NCBI GenBank assembly: GCA_030248215.1
Contig: JASANG010002509.1
Coordinates: forward strand, 434,001-498,000
Source: Enoplolaimus lenunculus
Lineage: Eukaryota
Reading direction: 5' to 3'
Length of the DNA: 64,000 nt
Shown piece by piece: positions 39,114 through 51,851 of the stretch. The notes under the pieces are model-generated. The model saw only the letters and a program-made list of their open reading frames with translations. It had not been told where the DNA came from and ran no database searches. Position numbers and translations under genes: made by a program. Position 1 is the stretch's first letter. Each line of letters begins with the position of its first letter.

Positions 39114-40083
39114 ATTACTGCTATAATAATTGCTTTTCATATAGTGCTTGTACTAAACGCTGGTATTAGTTGTAGGGTATATTTCAGGTAAAATAATTTA
39201 ATACTTTTGCTGTATTGGGTAATGATAAAAATTGATGCGGCACAACTCAAATTTACCGATGGTTGTGTGTTTTTTGGATGGCCAGTCTTAAAAAACGAAC
39301 CAGATATTTTGAAACGGTTCCTAAAATACAATTATAGATGCTGCTGATTATTTATGTAATATCAACATTAACCTGTGTTATGATGATACCGTAATTTTGA
39401 ATGTTTTTTTGAAATTTTTGTGTTAATTTTAATTCGGTTCTAATTTTACATTTAAACGTAACCGAAGCCGGTATATTTATATATACTGTATTGCTTATTG
39501 CTTTTTGATGCAGTTTTGCAATATAAATGCTTGTAATAAGTTTTTCAATATCATTGCTCAATAATTCAGTAGCTGGTACAGTTTGTATTTTTGACGCTAT
39601 TTGTTTGTCTTTTATTGTTGTCCTGAAAAAAATTAACGGTCAACATTTATCGCTGGTGGATCCAACGGCAGAATCCCCAACCTAAGCTTCCACAAATGGG
39701 TTCAAACTGAAGCCGTTGTATGAAGGTTTAGCACTAAAACGACGCCGTCTTGTGCGTTCGATTGGCTGAGCTCGTATTTCCTAATGAGTCGAGCGCTTTA
39801 TCGTCAGTCCGTGATAGGTTTTGTAACTTTCAAACCAATGAATTGTGAGATTCAAAATTCAGCACATTTTTGCATTTCGTTTGTTGGATTTTCGTAGCAA
39901 TTTTTAGGTCCGTAGTTGCAGGAATTCGTCTCGGTTGAAATCTATTGCTCATTAGTGATATGCGCTATACGCATCTGAGAATGTTGGCCCGGTACGTATG
40001 GAAATTTTTAAAATGTGCTGATAGAAAGCATTCTCGTTTCGACGTTTTATAATTGATGCGACACTAAGCTTGGAGGAATTCAG

Positions 40084-40086
<3 letters not shown>

Positions 40087-40154
<68 letters not shown>

Positions 40155-40206
40155 TGTGGGAACATGAACGTGAGGGTATATATTTTGTGTATCCTTTCTG
40201 TTTTCA

Positions 40207-40241
<35 letters not shown>

Positions 40242-40274
40242 TGTGGGAACATGAACGTGAGGGTATATATTTTG
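40087..40274. repeat. (ATT)n microsatellite plus ~57-bp unique segment, tandemly duplicated
   Basis: (ATT)n-ATATTGTGGGAACATGAACG...TTTTCAT occurs twice with different ATT lengths. Confidence 0.9.
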
Positions 40275-40364
40275 TGTATCCTTTCTGTTTTCATCTTTTA
40301 GGCACGGAATTTAGGTTGGTTGCTAACAAAATACAGATATGGCTCCAGTTGTCTTAAAAAAGTG

Positions 40365-40572
40365 GACCCATGTATAGGACAGGGCCGTATCGTTTTTCGG
40401 AGGGGCTGTATTAGAGTCAGTTTAAGCTTTAGACTAGACTTTTTGCTTAGGCTTAGGCTTAGACTTAGGTTTAGGAATATACTCATTCTTACACTTAGGC
40501 TAAGACTTAGGCTTAGGGTTTGGCTTCGGAATATGCTAAAATACTGTTCCGCCCCTGTTCTTTACACTGGCC
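40365..40572. mobile_element. chimeric TTAGGC-carrying MITE (A-type left end, B-type right end)
   Basis: Left ..CCCATGTATAGGACAGGGCCG, right GTTCCGCCCCTGTTCTTTACACTGGCC; no TSD. Confidence 0.7.
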
Positions 40573-40860
40573 GATATATTTAAAAATATCATGTAAACAG
40601 TATTAATGTTTCAGTCACAGCAGTTACTTAAAATGAATAAAAGTTGAAAAAAGTCTTAAATTATAAGTCTGGTTATAATTTATTGTGTATGCGTAAACTT
40701 TTCCCTTTAACAATCGGATATATGAATGTTTATTTTCACTCGAGTAAACTTAATCATTTATTGTCTGTAAGTATTTTTTAATTCGCTTTTCACATGATTT
40801 TCGGAGCAGCTATGACTAAAAGTATAGGTTGGTTGATTTTGTCAATTTTATTATACGTTT

Positions 40861-41060
40861 GGCTCATGTATAGAACAGGGCCGGATCGTTTTCTGGCGGG
40901 GCTGTAATAGAGTCAGTTTAAGCTTGAGACTAACTTTTTTGCTTAGGCTTAGGCTTAGGAATATGCTAATTCTTTCGCTTTGGCTTAGACTTTAGGCTAA
41001 GGCTTAGGCTTACGAATATACGCTTATACTACTGTGCCGGCCCTGTTCTATACATTGACC
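40861..41060. mobile_element. TTAGGC-carrying MITE, subfamily A
   Basis: Both TIRs; TSD atacgttt/agacgttt. Confidence 0.88.
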
Positions 41061-41209
41061 AGACGTTTTGTATCTTGTCGAGTCAGTAAATGAGACACCT
41101 CTGAAATTTAGCAAACTTTTCACAAATGTACGCGAAGAAATCGATTCATTTCAAAATTTTAGGCTTTTTTCTTTTAAAATAAACTTTACATTATTGTTCG
41201 TGCCCGCGT

Positions 41210-41407
41210 GGCCAATGTTACTTTTAGGGCCGTAACAGTAGGTTAAGCAAATTCCTAAGCTTAAGCCATAAGCTTAAGCGTTACAAAAGCGTCTTCGTAA
41301 ACCTAAGCCTAAGCCTAATTTTAAGCAAAAAATGTAGTCTAGAGTGTAAGTCTACTCTTTTACAGACCCACCAGAAACCAAGGGGGGGCATAAAAGTAAC
41401 ATGGACC
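41210..41407. mobile_element. TTAGGC-carrying MITE, subfamily C
   Basis: Both TIRs; exact TSD gcccgcgt. Confidence 0.92.
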
Positions 41408-41552
41408 GCCCGCGTTATCGCCGCAATTAATTTGGCATCTTCTGAACTTTTTAATTTTTAATATTTTATGCAATGTTTTCATTGTTGACGCTCACGGCAT
41501 TAGACTCTTTTAAGCACCTAATCTATGTTGCTATTTTAGACTCAAATATACA

Positions 41553-42011
41553 ATGCTTACTCGCCAAGACCCAACCGATTTTGCGCTCTACAGCCAGCCA
41601 ACGAAAGATCCGATTACAGCATCGGTAAACTCAATCAGCTTTAACCGTGTCAACCAACCGCTGTTCTGCATTCGTCGTTCGGGTCAGCACAGCTATTTGA
41701 GACCATGGTACCTTGAGTACCGTGTTTCCAGCCGGGGTGCGACCCGTTGCCATCATGGGGCGGCGCTGTACAACCCCCTTCCGTACGACAAGCGTTTGGC
41801 GTCTCCATATTATGGCAATTTTCCATACTACACGTACCATACGCCACGAGGACTTTATCGAACTGATACCGATAGCCATACGTCGTACTATCCACAGTAC
41901 GATTACTACTATACTCGGTACTTGGAACCGCTTTATCAGCGTCGGATCATCTCCGAAGCCCTGTTGCCGTCTGAGTCAACGTTCACTCATTATTTGGCTC
42001 CTGCCTATTAA
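41553..42011 (+). CDS. Tyr/Arg-rich small protein, cluster member 3 (152 aa)
   Basis: GC-elevated ORF; ATTTTAG acceptor at 41539; dense Tyr runs (SYYPQYDYYYTRY). Confidence 0.8.
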   Translation: MLTRQDPTDFALYSQPTKDPITASVNSISFNRVNQPLFCIRRSGQHSYLRPWYLEYRVSSRGATRCHHGAALYNPLPYDKRLASPYYGNFPYYTYHTPRGLYRTDTDSHTSYYPQYDYYYTRYLEPLYQRRIISEALLPSESTFTHYLAPAY

Positions 42012-43428
42012 TTTATTAAATTTATATTTTCAGTCAATTTATAACCATTTTGCTTGATCTGTTCGAATTTAATTTTAATAGAAAAATTACTAAATTTTAA
42101 CACATTTCCGCATGAATATTTTTTAATTCATCTGACATCTAGAGCCGTATTCTTAAATGTGTGTAGCACCTGACACCAGCTGGTGATATAGGTCTTATAA
42201 CTTTTGAACCAGTGAATACTGAAGCTCAAAATTCAGCACATTAAACGCATATGATTTGCTCTGCTACTGTACCAATTTTGAACACAACAACTGCAATAAT
42301 TAGTGCAGTTTGAAAACGTGCTTTTGTTATCACAGCTCGACTATCAGAGCTTGTGTAACAATTATCAAATACTGCGCACTGTGTTGGATTTCATGTGCAA
42401 ACGCTCTAAGCTGCCCATAGTATACTCTATGCGGGAAAGGGTTGATTTTGAAATTGGCTTTCGTGTACTGTGTCTCATATGCTGCTTATTTTGCCATGTA
42501 ATTTTGGTGATGTGTTGTATATCGAATTTTCTGTACAACGAAGACTTATACGTAACAAAAAGCCAAGGTTTCATACCAAGTTTGCTGGTCAAATTAACCG
42601 TAAATTATAAGAATCAAAACTACAATGCGAGAAACGAATACATATTACCCCCAAACCGGAATTTAGGTGCCACTGTTAGCTTTTGATTATTGTCGTACGG
42701 TATGTTTCTTGGATTCAAATTTTGGCAAAAATTATTCGGATTAAGCATTGTATAATAATTGAAATTTCACAGTTTAAAACAGTTAGTGTTGCGTTGAGAG
42801 TGACTATTTAATTGCATATCAACTCTCATTTGTTGTCACGTTCTTGCGTATATTGACAAAAATAGTGCTTTGTATAGCCATAACTTGCCGCTGTATTGCA
42901 TTGTGAATAGCCATGCAATTACTGGTGTGATTGATGGGTCTGGATTCGTCCCAATCAAGATTTTACTGTTTTGTGTTGAGGGTTGCGCCCTGAACCAAAA
43001 AGCACAGCAGGTTTTCAAAAACAACCGAAATGGTTTTAACTATCATTATACCAAATTGCTATACAATTATGTTTGTGTCTTTATTATGGTCATTTTGCTT
43101 GTACGAATTAATCGAAATCATCAAATGTTTCGGTACCTCAAATTAGGAGTTGTTCAAAATGACCTCGCTAAATTGTTAACGGTCTTCAATTTCTGTTATC
43201 TCTAGTCCAACCAGGGGACTAAACCCCCTCCCCGGAATAAATGTTGACCCCCACTAGAAAATTATTGTCATTGGTTATAAGTCATTGGAAACCCTTGTAT
43301 GCCCCTCCTAAGAAGTGTTTAGCTCCCATAGCAAGGTGAGTTAGCTACAGGCCTGTACCTGCATTAAGAAAAGTAGTTGGTCATGGGAAATGTATAAAGT
43401 GTCACGAAAACGAATTGATGTATTTACC

Positions 43429-43623
43429 GGCCAATGTAAAGAACAGGAGCGGAACAGTATTATAAGCATATTACTAAGCCTAAGCCTAAGCCTAAGCGTA
43501 AGAATGAGAACATTCCTAAGCCTAAGCCTAAGCCCAAGCCAAGCTAAAAATTAGTCTAAAGCTTAACGCTACTCTATTGTAGTCCCACAGAAAAACGTTC
43601 CGCCCCTGATCTTTACATGGGCC
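43429..43623. mobile_element. TTAGGC-carrying MITE, subfamily B
   Basis: Both TIRs; flanks tatttacc/catttccc. Confidence 0.88.
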
Positions 43624-43904
43624 CATTTCCCGAACGCATTGCAGTCTTCACTAATTTTAAGATAACAATACGTAATTAGCTTAACTTCGTGTAATATTCG
43701 CTATATGCTTCGTATTTGTGCTGTGAAGTTCGTATTAAAATTAATGCTATTTGGCGTTTGAGAATTCTTATTCTATCAGTAAACTGATTATGAGCGATAA
43801 AGCTGAGGTCAAGAGCAATTTTACAATCTGTCGAAGTATTTTTAGGCGTAAACTTGAATTATATAATATTAGCTACTTGTAGAAAATGTTCTGTTTGACG
43901 CATA

Positions 43905-44115
43905 CACTGTAAAAAACGGTGAGTCAAATTGACTCCTTCCGAAATAGGCTCTACGGGACTATACAAATTGAGTCAAAATTTGACTCCACCAGAGTCACAT
44001 TCAACTCAATGAGTCGCACATTTGACTCTGGCGGAGTCAAATTTTGACTCAATTTGTGTAGTTCTGTAGAACCTATTTCGGGGTGAGTCAAGTTGACTCA
44101 CCATTTTTTGCAGTG
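43905..44115. mobile_element. palindromic CACTG-ended MITE
   Basis: TA|CACTG...CAGTG|TA; the whole element folds back. Confidence 0.85.
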
Positions 44116-44421
44116 TAGATTTTCCGGTTTTGTCAACCGTTTTCTAACTCTTGTAGCGTTCTGGTTATCAAAGTCTGTATTACAAGCCAATTGGAAAAAC
44201 GTACAGTGGAATATTACTGCGCAAGAATGTTGATCACACCTGCTGAGAGATTTTGGTTTAAAACACGTTAATACATTAGCAAGGTTCAATTAAATCGCAT
44301 TGTAATGTTTACTGGTGCTTAACTGCGATGATGCTAATTTTACTGTCGTTGCAAAAGCAACCATCTTTACAGTTGACGCTCCGAATACGGCATACACGAC
44401 GAACTGTCGAACTTAATAGGT

Positions 44422-44547
44422 TTAGGCTTAGGCTTAGGCTTAGGCTTAGGCTTAGGCTTAGGCTTAGGCTTAGGCTTAGGCTTAGGCTTAGGCTTAGGCT
44501 TAGGCTTAGGCTTAGGCTTAGGCTTAGGCTTAGGCTTAAGCTTAGGC
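44422..44547 (+). repeat. interstitial telomeric tract, (TTAGGC)19 + TTAAGC + TTAGGC
   Basis: Direct count; TTAGGC is the nematode telomere repeat. Confidence 0.95.
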
Positions 44548-44939
44548 AAGTGCTAAATTATTAGCGCTGTTCGATGGATTTCTGATAGAAATCTCAAACT
44601 TGTAGTCAAAAGTTTAAGCCTAACGATTATCTCAGCACCTAGCACCAGTTGGTGTTAGGTCTTGTAACTTTCGGACCAGGGAATATACAGGTTTGAAATT
44701 CAACACATTTACTGCATTCGATTAACTCTACTTCTGTGCAAATTTGAAGATCTGCAATTGTAGCAGTTCGTTAGTTTGAAAACCTATTACTAACTGGTGA
44801 CAGGTGCTATATGCAATTGCGAATACGGGCCCTAAATATAGTAGTATCTTATACGTTTAAGTAATTTTCAGGTTCTGTATCTTAGTGCCATAATATCTCT
44901 CGAAGTTTTCACCTTACCGCTAGCTGAGTTTGCTTTTCC

Positions 44940-45590
44940 ATGTCCCAAACATTTTTGGCCCGGCTTCGTCGGGAACTCGGCGACGACTCTGCCAATCTCT
45001 CATATATCGCCGAAGACCCGCGATCCCCGGAAGAAATCATCGATGGCGCTCGTGTCCCAAATCCCTCGGCTCCCACAGACTTGTACCTGGAAGGTCGTTA
45101 TCAGTCTGATTATGTTCCTCGTCCCACTGTCGACGTTTACGAAGCGCTTCTGTATCCGTCGGACCCACGTGATCCAGTAGATCCAGCGGCAACCTATGAA
45201 TCGCCAATGCAAAGCTACTATTATGGCTCCGCACCACGGGGTTCTAGTCGAGATCAGACGCGAATGCAAACAAGCCGCGGTCTATACGTCCCAAAATACT
45301 GGAAAAGCTCGGCCGCTCACGGGCCGTCCGGATCCCAGAATCCTCCTCCGCGAGCGGAAGAGTCCCAATTTGGCCGAGAAACGTATAACAGCCGAGTTCA
45401 ATTTCAACGCCCGCTGACCAGTATTCGGCTAATGCCACGCCAGCCTTCGTATTGGGATAAATCAGACGTGAAACATGCGTTGACAATGTACAAGCTTGGA
45501 CTGATGGATATGAGGATGCTTGACCAGTATTGGCTCGAACCAACTCGACATAGTCGTCGACTCGCCGCACAGAATTATGAAGGAAAATGA
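44940..45590 (+). CDS. Pro/Arg/Tyr-rich protein, cluster member 4 (216 aa)
   Basis: GC-elevated 651-nt ORF; TTTTCAG acceptor at 44871; C-terminal VKHALTMYKLGLMD....DQYWLEP motif. Confidence 0.82.
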   Translation: MSQTFLARLRRELGDDSANLSYIAEDPRSPEEIIDGARVPNPSAPTDLYLEGRYQSDYVPRPTVDVYEALLYPSDPRDPVDPAATYESPMQSYYYGSAPRGSSRDQTRMQTSRGLYVPKYWKSSAAHGPSGSQNPPPRAEESQFGRETYNSRVQFQRPLTSIRLMPRQPSYWDKSDVKHALTMYKLGLMDMRMLDQYWLEPTRHSRRLAAQNYEGK

Positions 45591-45896
45591 AAACGAGGGA
45601 CAGGTGAGCACAGGGCGTATCTGAATGTTTCCAGCATTGGTGGATACGTTTAGTGTTTTGATTAGTTATGGTATTATTTATTTGGCTTGTGAAACGCGAC
45701 AAGAGTTTGAGCTGAGCAATTGGTTCACGGAATGTTCAGGATCGTGGTAGCCAGATATACAAAACTACGGCGAATTGGAACCCGTCGGAAAATTTGATAG
45801 TCACTCTAGAAATGTTTAGCTATAGGATTCTTTTAATGGCATAGAAATCTACGCTCGCACCTGTGAATTCTTTTACCCGGTATATTTGGTTAGATG

Positions 45897-46055
45897 CAGG
45901 CCGTAGCCAGCTCACCTTGCTAGGGAGGGCTAAAATTTTCAGGAGGGGCATTCAAGGGTTTTCAATGAGTTACAACCAAGGTTGAAAATTTCTCGGGGAG
46001 CCAAAATTTTTCCAGTTGGGGCTGAGCCTCTCTGCCCCCCTTGGCAACGGGCCCG
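45897..46055. mobile_element. CAGG(C)CCGTAGCCAG-type MITE
   Basis: Inverted ends and G/C runs. Copies at ~25165-25325, ~43210-43354, ~46140-46294, ~50328-50400 and 59547-59719. Confidence 0.7.
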
Positions 46056-46505
46056 GTATATGGCTACAAACGTGATGCGATAGCTTTTCATTTTTTTCAT
46101 TTTTGGCTTCACATGACGAATATCTCGTCGAACCCGTAACCACAGAGGAGCCAGGGATACTCAGCCTCTTTCTGGAAAAAATGTGCACTCCCCTAGAATC
46201 TTTTTCACTTTGCTTGCAAGTCGTCAAAGACCCTTGTATGCCTCTTTTGAAAAATATATAGCTCCCTAACAAGGTGACCTGGCTACGGGGGCTGTATCTG
46301 ATACAGAACGACGTTTATTGTAAACATTTCTTTTGTTTAATATATATTATACTTTGCCAAGTGTAATTGTTACTATTAATTTGAAATTTATCAAAGTTTA
46401 AAAGTAAAGTTCATGTGGTTAAGCTTTTATGTTTATTTCAGACATTTTTGAAGCCATTCGAGAAGCATTCGCAACCGATTGATTTCAATTGACAAGTAAT
46501 TTTTC

Positions 46506-46539
<34 letters not shown>

Positions 46540-46636
46540 CAACGTTGATTATAAGTACCTTCACTGGTTGTAAACCAAGGTTCCAATTGCAAGCGAAAAT
46601 TCGTTCGCCCAATGAACCGAATGTGTATCTGAAACT

Positions 46637-46823
46637 GAAGGGCGTCCAGGGTTTTGGTGGGTCTATAAAAGAGTAGGTTTAGATTCTAGATTACATTTTT
46701 TCCTTAGGCTTAGGCTTTGGCTTAGCCTTAGGCTTAGGCTTAGGAACACACTTTTGCAACGCTTAGGCTTAGGATTAGGAATACGTTTAATCTACTGTTA
46801 CTCCCCCAAAAGTAACATTTGCC
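46637..46823. mobile_element. TTAGGC-carrying MITE, subfamily C (one end truncated)
   Basis: Colinear with 51501-51684. Confidence 0.8.
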
Positions 46824-48735
46824 TTATTTTGCCCCTGTTTTAAAAGTACCTAGTTCTTATGCAAAATTGTATGATTTCTGATCCTGTTACAGTTGGTAAA
46901 TGGCTGTGTGCTATGCTTTCGGCAACCTACAGTTTTTCGAATATATATAGGTGTTGATTGGCTAAACATTCACTAAGTTTAACTAAATATATGAATTTTC
47001 ATTGGCCCTTAGGGAGTACGGGACAGTTTTTATGTCATTTTTACGCTGTGTTGTTTGATTCCAATTGGTTATACTAGTATATTATTCGTGTTAGTATGCG
47101 AATGTTATATCTTATTTGGTTTGTGTAATTCTCACTATTATCTAAGTAATTAGTAGTTAAACTGAATGCCGAACAATATTGGCGTTCAATTTGCTAAATT
47201 TACAAAAACCCCATTCACACGTGCAAGGTTTGCACTGAGAACTCACAGCTGCAACTTGCACAAAATACTTGCACCTGTAAGTATTTTCAAAGGAACATTC
47301 CGATTCACCAATCAAACTGCAGCTGCAATACATTGAAGCGACTTGCAACTGTGTTAACAGGTGCGAATCAAATTAAATATAATGAATTCCAGTGAATAAT
47401 TTGCAACTGCAAGAACTTCACAGCTGCTTTGTTCCCAAACTTGCGCATTCAAGTTGCACATGCAAGTTTTTGCTGAAAAAGCTTGCACGTGTAAATAGGG
47501 CTCAAAACAGGTGGCCAATGTAAAAAACAGGGCGGAACAGAGTTATAAACATATTCCAAAGCCTAAATCTAAACCTAAATCTAAACCTAAGCGTAAGAAT
47601 GAGTATATTCCTAAGCTTAAACCTAAGCCAAGCACAAATATAACTTCAAATTAGGCAATTGTATTAGTATTTTGAAACAATCAACCTAAGAAGACGGTGT
47701 CTTTATTGTTATGGTTTAAAAAACAGTGTGTTCAGTAAACGTTGAAAGTTGTAGTTGATTTTTGTTTTGAATTTGTCTTCAAATCATTGAGCAGAAGATA
47801 TAATCAAGCTAGCGGAAATAGCGCTTTTAGCCAAATCATTTTGTATGAAGTCGTCGTAAATTGTTCTCACGCTACCTGCGCGGTAACGAGCCAAATACAA
47901 TTATTTTCGATGCAAACGTTTTTCTACAATTTTGTGGCGTAATTTGAAAATTTACACTTGACCGATTTTAGTTGACAGGAGGTAAACAACAAAAACGTCC
48001 ACGGGCGCTATTCGATTTTATTACTCGACTTTTGCGATTCACCTATTTTCGTTAGCGTAAATTGCGCTGTATTCACAGCAAGTTCAAACACCTGGCTTGA
48101 GCAAATTGTAAGCCATATGCTTGTGGCATACACGGTTGTTCCCGTGATCCAATGTTTGAACGTCCTTAAACCCGATATTATGCTTGTTGGTAAAAATCAA
48201 GGTACACTTGGCAAACTCTGCTTCATGTTACATATTTACAGGAAAGCTAACAATGCTTCGATGCCTAACTCATTTGGTTTCAATTTCCGGGGCCTCAGCG
48301 CGAAGGTTCAAAATAACAGCTAATTCCAGTTTCGGTTAGTGACCCTCGAATTTGTTGGTTGTTTATGCCGTAGCCACTGTACCAATTTAGAGTAACATCA
48401 CCAATATATCTAGCAACCGCGCTAATTGTCGCAGTGGCTAGCCACCGTAGCAATGACGCCTGATTGGTTTCAACAGCTGCGGCGGCAGTCACTGTGACAA
48501 TCGCGACGGTGGCTAAATATATTGGCCGTTTTGACCAAATTGGGGTGCAGTCCTATGACATATATAAAATGCAGTGCTTAAACTTTCATGTTTGTGCCCC
48601 CCGTCAAATTTATTCTGGGTGCTTGTCACTTCCTTCGATATCTCTCGAATGGGTAAGATTTGTCTTGTGTTATTCTGTATTTCAGGTTTCAGATAATTTC
48701 ACTAGTTTAGCTACTGACCTACTATTCAAGACGGT

Positions 48736-49170
48736 ATGCTTGGCCCGTCACTCGCCGGCTGGCAACCATACGGTTGGCCCTTTCTCGACTCAAGCCCTAA
48801 ACTTCGTGTCTTCCCTGCTCAAACCCGATTCAAAGTTATCCGTGGCATTTCGCTGCCTACCGGCAGCGAAGCCTACTTTACCATGGATTCATTTCCAGCA
48901 CGTTTTGAACGAGCTAAACGTCGCTATTACGACACCCATTATTCGCATTATCAGTCGTTTTATGATAACTGGCCATATTTGGGTTCAATTAATTTTTGGC
49001 CGTATAAACACTACGACCCAACCAAATACGATAGTTTATTCTCGCGAAATTATCATTCTACTCGTGGTCGATACAGTGCTCCGTGGTCGAGTCCTACGTA
49101 TTACGCGTTGCATCGACGATCACAGTACGAAACTGAAGTGTTCCGCGGAACGGTGAGAGTATTTATTTAG
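48736..49170 (+). CDS. Tyr/Arg-rich small protein, cluster member 5 (144 aa)
   Basis: GC-elevated ORF; tandem TTTCAG acceptors at 48685 and 48692; RGISLP and NFWPYKHY motifs. Confidence 0.78.
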   Translation: MLGPSLAGWQPYGWPFLDSSPKLRVFPAQTRFKVIRGISLPTGSEAYFTMDSFPARFERAKRRYYDTHYSHYQSFYDNWPYLGSINFWPYKHYDPTKYDSLFSRNYHSTRGRYSAPWSSPTYYALHRRSQYETEVFRGTVRVFI

Positions 49171-49965
49171 CATAAAAAAACCATCATAAAATTGGACGTT
49201 TCAAAATATTCAAATGTGAATCTTGTTTGTATAATTGATGTCTGGTTTACACCAATTAGACCGGGTTTGATGCTTAAGTCGGTGGCATTTTCAGGTTCGC
49301 AGCGGTTTTGCCAATGTGTTTGAAGTTATGGTACTTTTGGTTTCTAAAATATTCATTCACGAATATCTTTATTTTTGCAGGCGTTGTTGACAAATTTTAA
49401 CCTTTTACGTTAACAACCAAACATTTAAAATACTCTTAAGTCCTCTTCAAACGTAATTTTCCATTTCTACACTGCAAAAGATGGTGAGTCAAATTGGCTG
49501 TCTCCGAAATACGCTTTTCCGGACTACACAAATTGAGTCAAATTCGACTCCGCCAGAGTGAAATTCGACTCACTGACGAGACAATTTGACTCATCATTTT
49601 TTGCTGTGTAATAGTGTTGCAGAGCGGTGAGTGACACTACTCGACCATTTTCAACTCAAGCTTTCTATACAAGCGGAACAGCGGAAACATTTCAGATCAA
49701 TGGGTACACTTGCTTTCAACGCGTGGGTTAGATTTTTGAAGCGTCACTCTGGCGAAAATCTTCACTTGGGCAATTTTACTCATTTTTGACAAGAAGCTTA
49801 AACGTTAGTAAATTATCGTTCGAGTCGAAATTCTGTCGGGTTAAAATTTTAACGCCGCTCTTGTTATCAGGGAAAGTATTGCTTGTTAAACTACGGCTTT
49901 GTGTTGTGATATTTGACCGCAATTTGAATATAAGCAAAATGCGACTAATCGTGCTTCCTCATATT

Positions 49966-50150
49966 GGCCAATGTTACTTTAAGGGGCGTAAGAGTAGATT
50001 AAGCGTTTTCCTAAGCCTAAGCCTAAGCGTTGCAAAAAAGTGTTCCTAAGCCTGAGCCGAAGCCTAAGCAAAAAAATGTAATCTAGAATCTAAACCTACT
50101 CTTTTATGTGTCCACCAGAAACCTGAACGCCCCTTAGAGTAACATGGGCC
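49966..50150. mobile_element. TTAGGC-carrying MITE, subfamily C
   Basis: TIR GGCCAATGTTACTTTAAGGGGCGT / ACGCCCCTTAGAGTAACATGGGCC; exact TSD ctcatatt. Confidence 0.93.
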
Positions 50151-51500
50151 CTCATATTTATAATATGGTTGTGAATTTTAATTTGTCTTCATTTTTATAC
50201 TTAATATATTTATTATAAGCGTTAGCTTAATACTGAAATGATCAGGAAATACGTGAAATGGTTATTCAACACCACAGTGCTGCATGCGTCAAATGTTTGT
50301 TTCAGTTTTAAACCAACCAGGCCCGTAGCCAGCTCACCTTGCTTGGGGGGGCTAAAACATTTTCAGGAAGGGCATTCAACGATTTTTATTGACTTGCTAG
50401 CAAGGCTGAAGATTTTATAGTGGGCGTAACTAGTTCGTAATTTCGTGTGCTTGTTAAAATCACCAACTCCGCGTTCAGGTTCGCTTTCCAATGACGCTAT
50501 TACGCTATGGTTCAGCAATGCAGTCCAGTTTTCCCCGGGCCCACTGTTGGCTACGGGTCGGAAGCCAACTTTCATACTAACGTTAGGAGGGCTGACCGAT
50601 TTAGGAAGGCCCATTCAGGCCGTAGCTCTTCTCGAATTACTGCGGTGGCAAAATTTTGGATCCGCCACTGTTTGTCAATATAAGCCAAGATAAAGAACAA
50701 CAAGTGGAAGCTGTCTTATTTTGTATGTTTACACTTATGGTTAAACTAAGATTTTGGTTCAAAAACGTAAGTTATATGTATATATTTGAGGTTTTATTAG
50801 GTTTGTTTGTCGAAAAATGGGCGTTTTTCGTATAGTTTAGTATTGTAGCATTTGTTGTATAACAGAGACGGATCAAGAGATGGCAGCTGGTGACGCGCTT
50901 TGCATCAGAAAAATTGTAATAATAAAAATATCTCTTCTACGTTACACATTTTGGCCCATATAAAGAGATCAGGGGCGGAGAGTTTTTCTGTGGGACTAGA
51001 ATAGAGTAAGCATAAGCTTTAGACTAAATTGTATTTAGTTCTTCGCTCGCTCAGCTCGCGATGTGTTTTCATAATATATATTGCGAGCGTCCACAGTTAA
51101 AAATTCACAAATCCGACTCTGCTTGTGGTATGATAACGGTTTTACAATATTTTTAAGTTAATAAATTTTGATAGTCTGAGTATTTTAAACAATCATACAG
51201 GTTGCAGGTGGCTGTTTGAGCGAATAACAAAAATTAAGAACTCTTAAGCGATAATTTTTCCCAATTCTGACGTTGCTAAATCATACTGTTTTAGTTTGAA
51301 AACATGGGAAATGAATAATTACCTCAAATCTACCGGTTTAATGTTTACCGATTTTAAAATTTACTAACACACATACCTACGGTTCTGATTTTAAAACACT
51401 TGTTAATTTTTAATGTTTAACTTTCTGTATCAAATGAGTTCAGTACTGCGCCTTATCTGTAACTGTAATCCCAGGTCACTCTCTCTCGTATGGCCGAAAC

Positions 51501-51684
51501 GGCCCATGCTACTTTAACGGGCGTCCAGATTTCTGGTGGCTCTATAAAAAGTAGGTTTAGATTTTAGATTGCATTTTTTTGCTTAGGCTTAGGTTTAGGA
51601 ACACATTTTTGCAACGCTTAGGCTTTAGATTTAGGCTTAGAAATACGCTAATCTACTGTTACGCCCCTTAAAGTAACATTGGCC
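51501..51684. mobile_element. TTAGGC-carrying MITE, subfamily C
   Basis: Both TIRs; exact TSD gccgaaac. Confidence 0.92.
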
Positions 51685-51851
51685 GCCGAAACTGCGCTTG
51701 GTCAGCTCCTATTTTAAATCTGGCATTTTGTTGTAGAAATATCTAAAAAGCTTTTAAAAAATAGATGTTCCTTTTAGTTTCATTGAACGCATTCAGTCAG
51801 TAGCCCTTCACAGCGGTCAACCTTTTGAAACGAACCCAGGCACGCCTGACC

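Noticed and set aside
40064..40357. Poly-Asn / poly-Ile ORFs
   Set aside because: Translation of the (ATT)n microsatellite.
48464..49156. 230-aa ORF overlapping cluster member 5
   Set aside because: It has a non-ATG start, its 5' part runs through a palindromic repeat (~48401-48525) and it crosses the acceptor. The other frame has the family composition.
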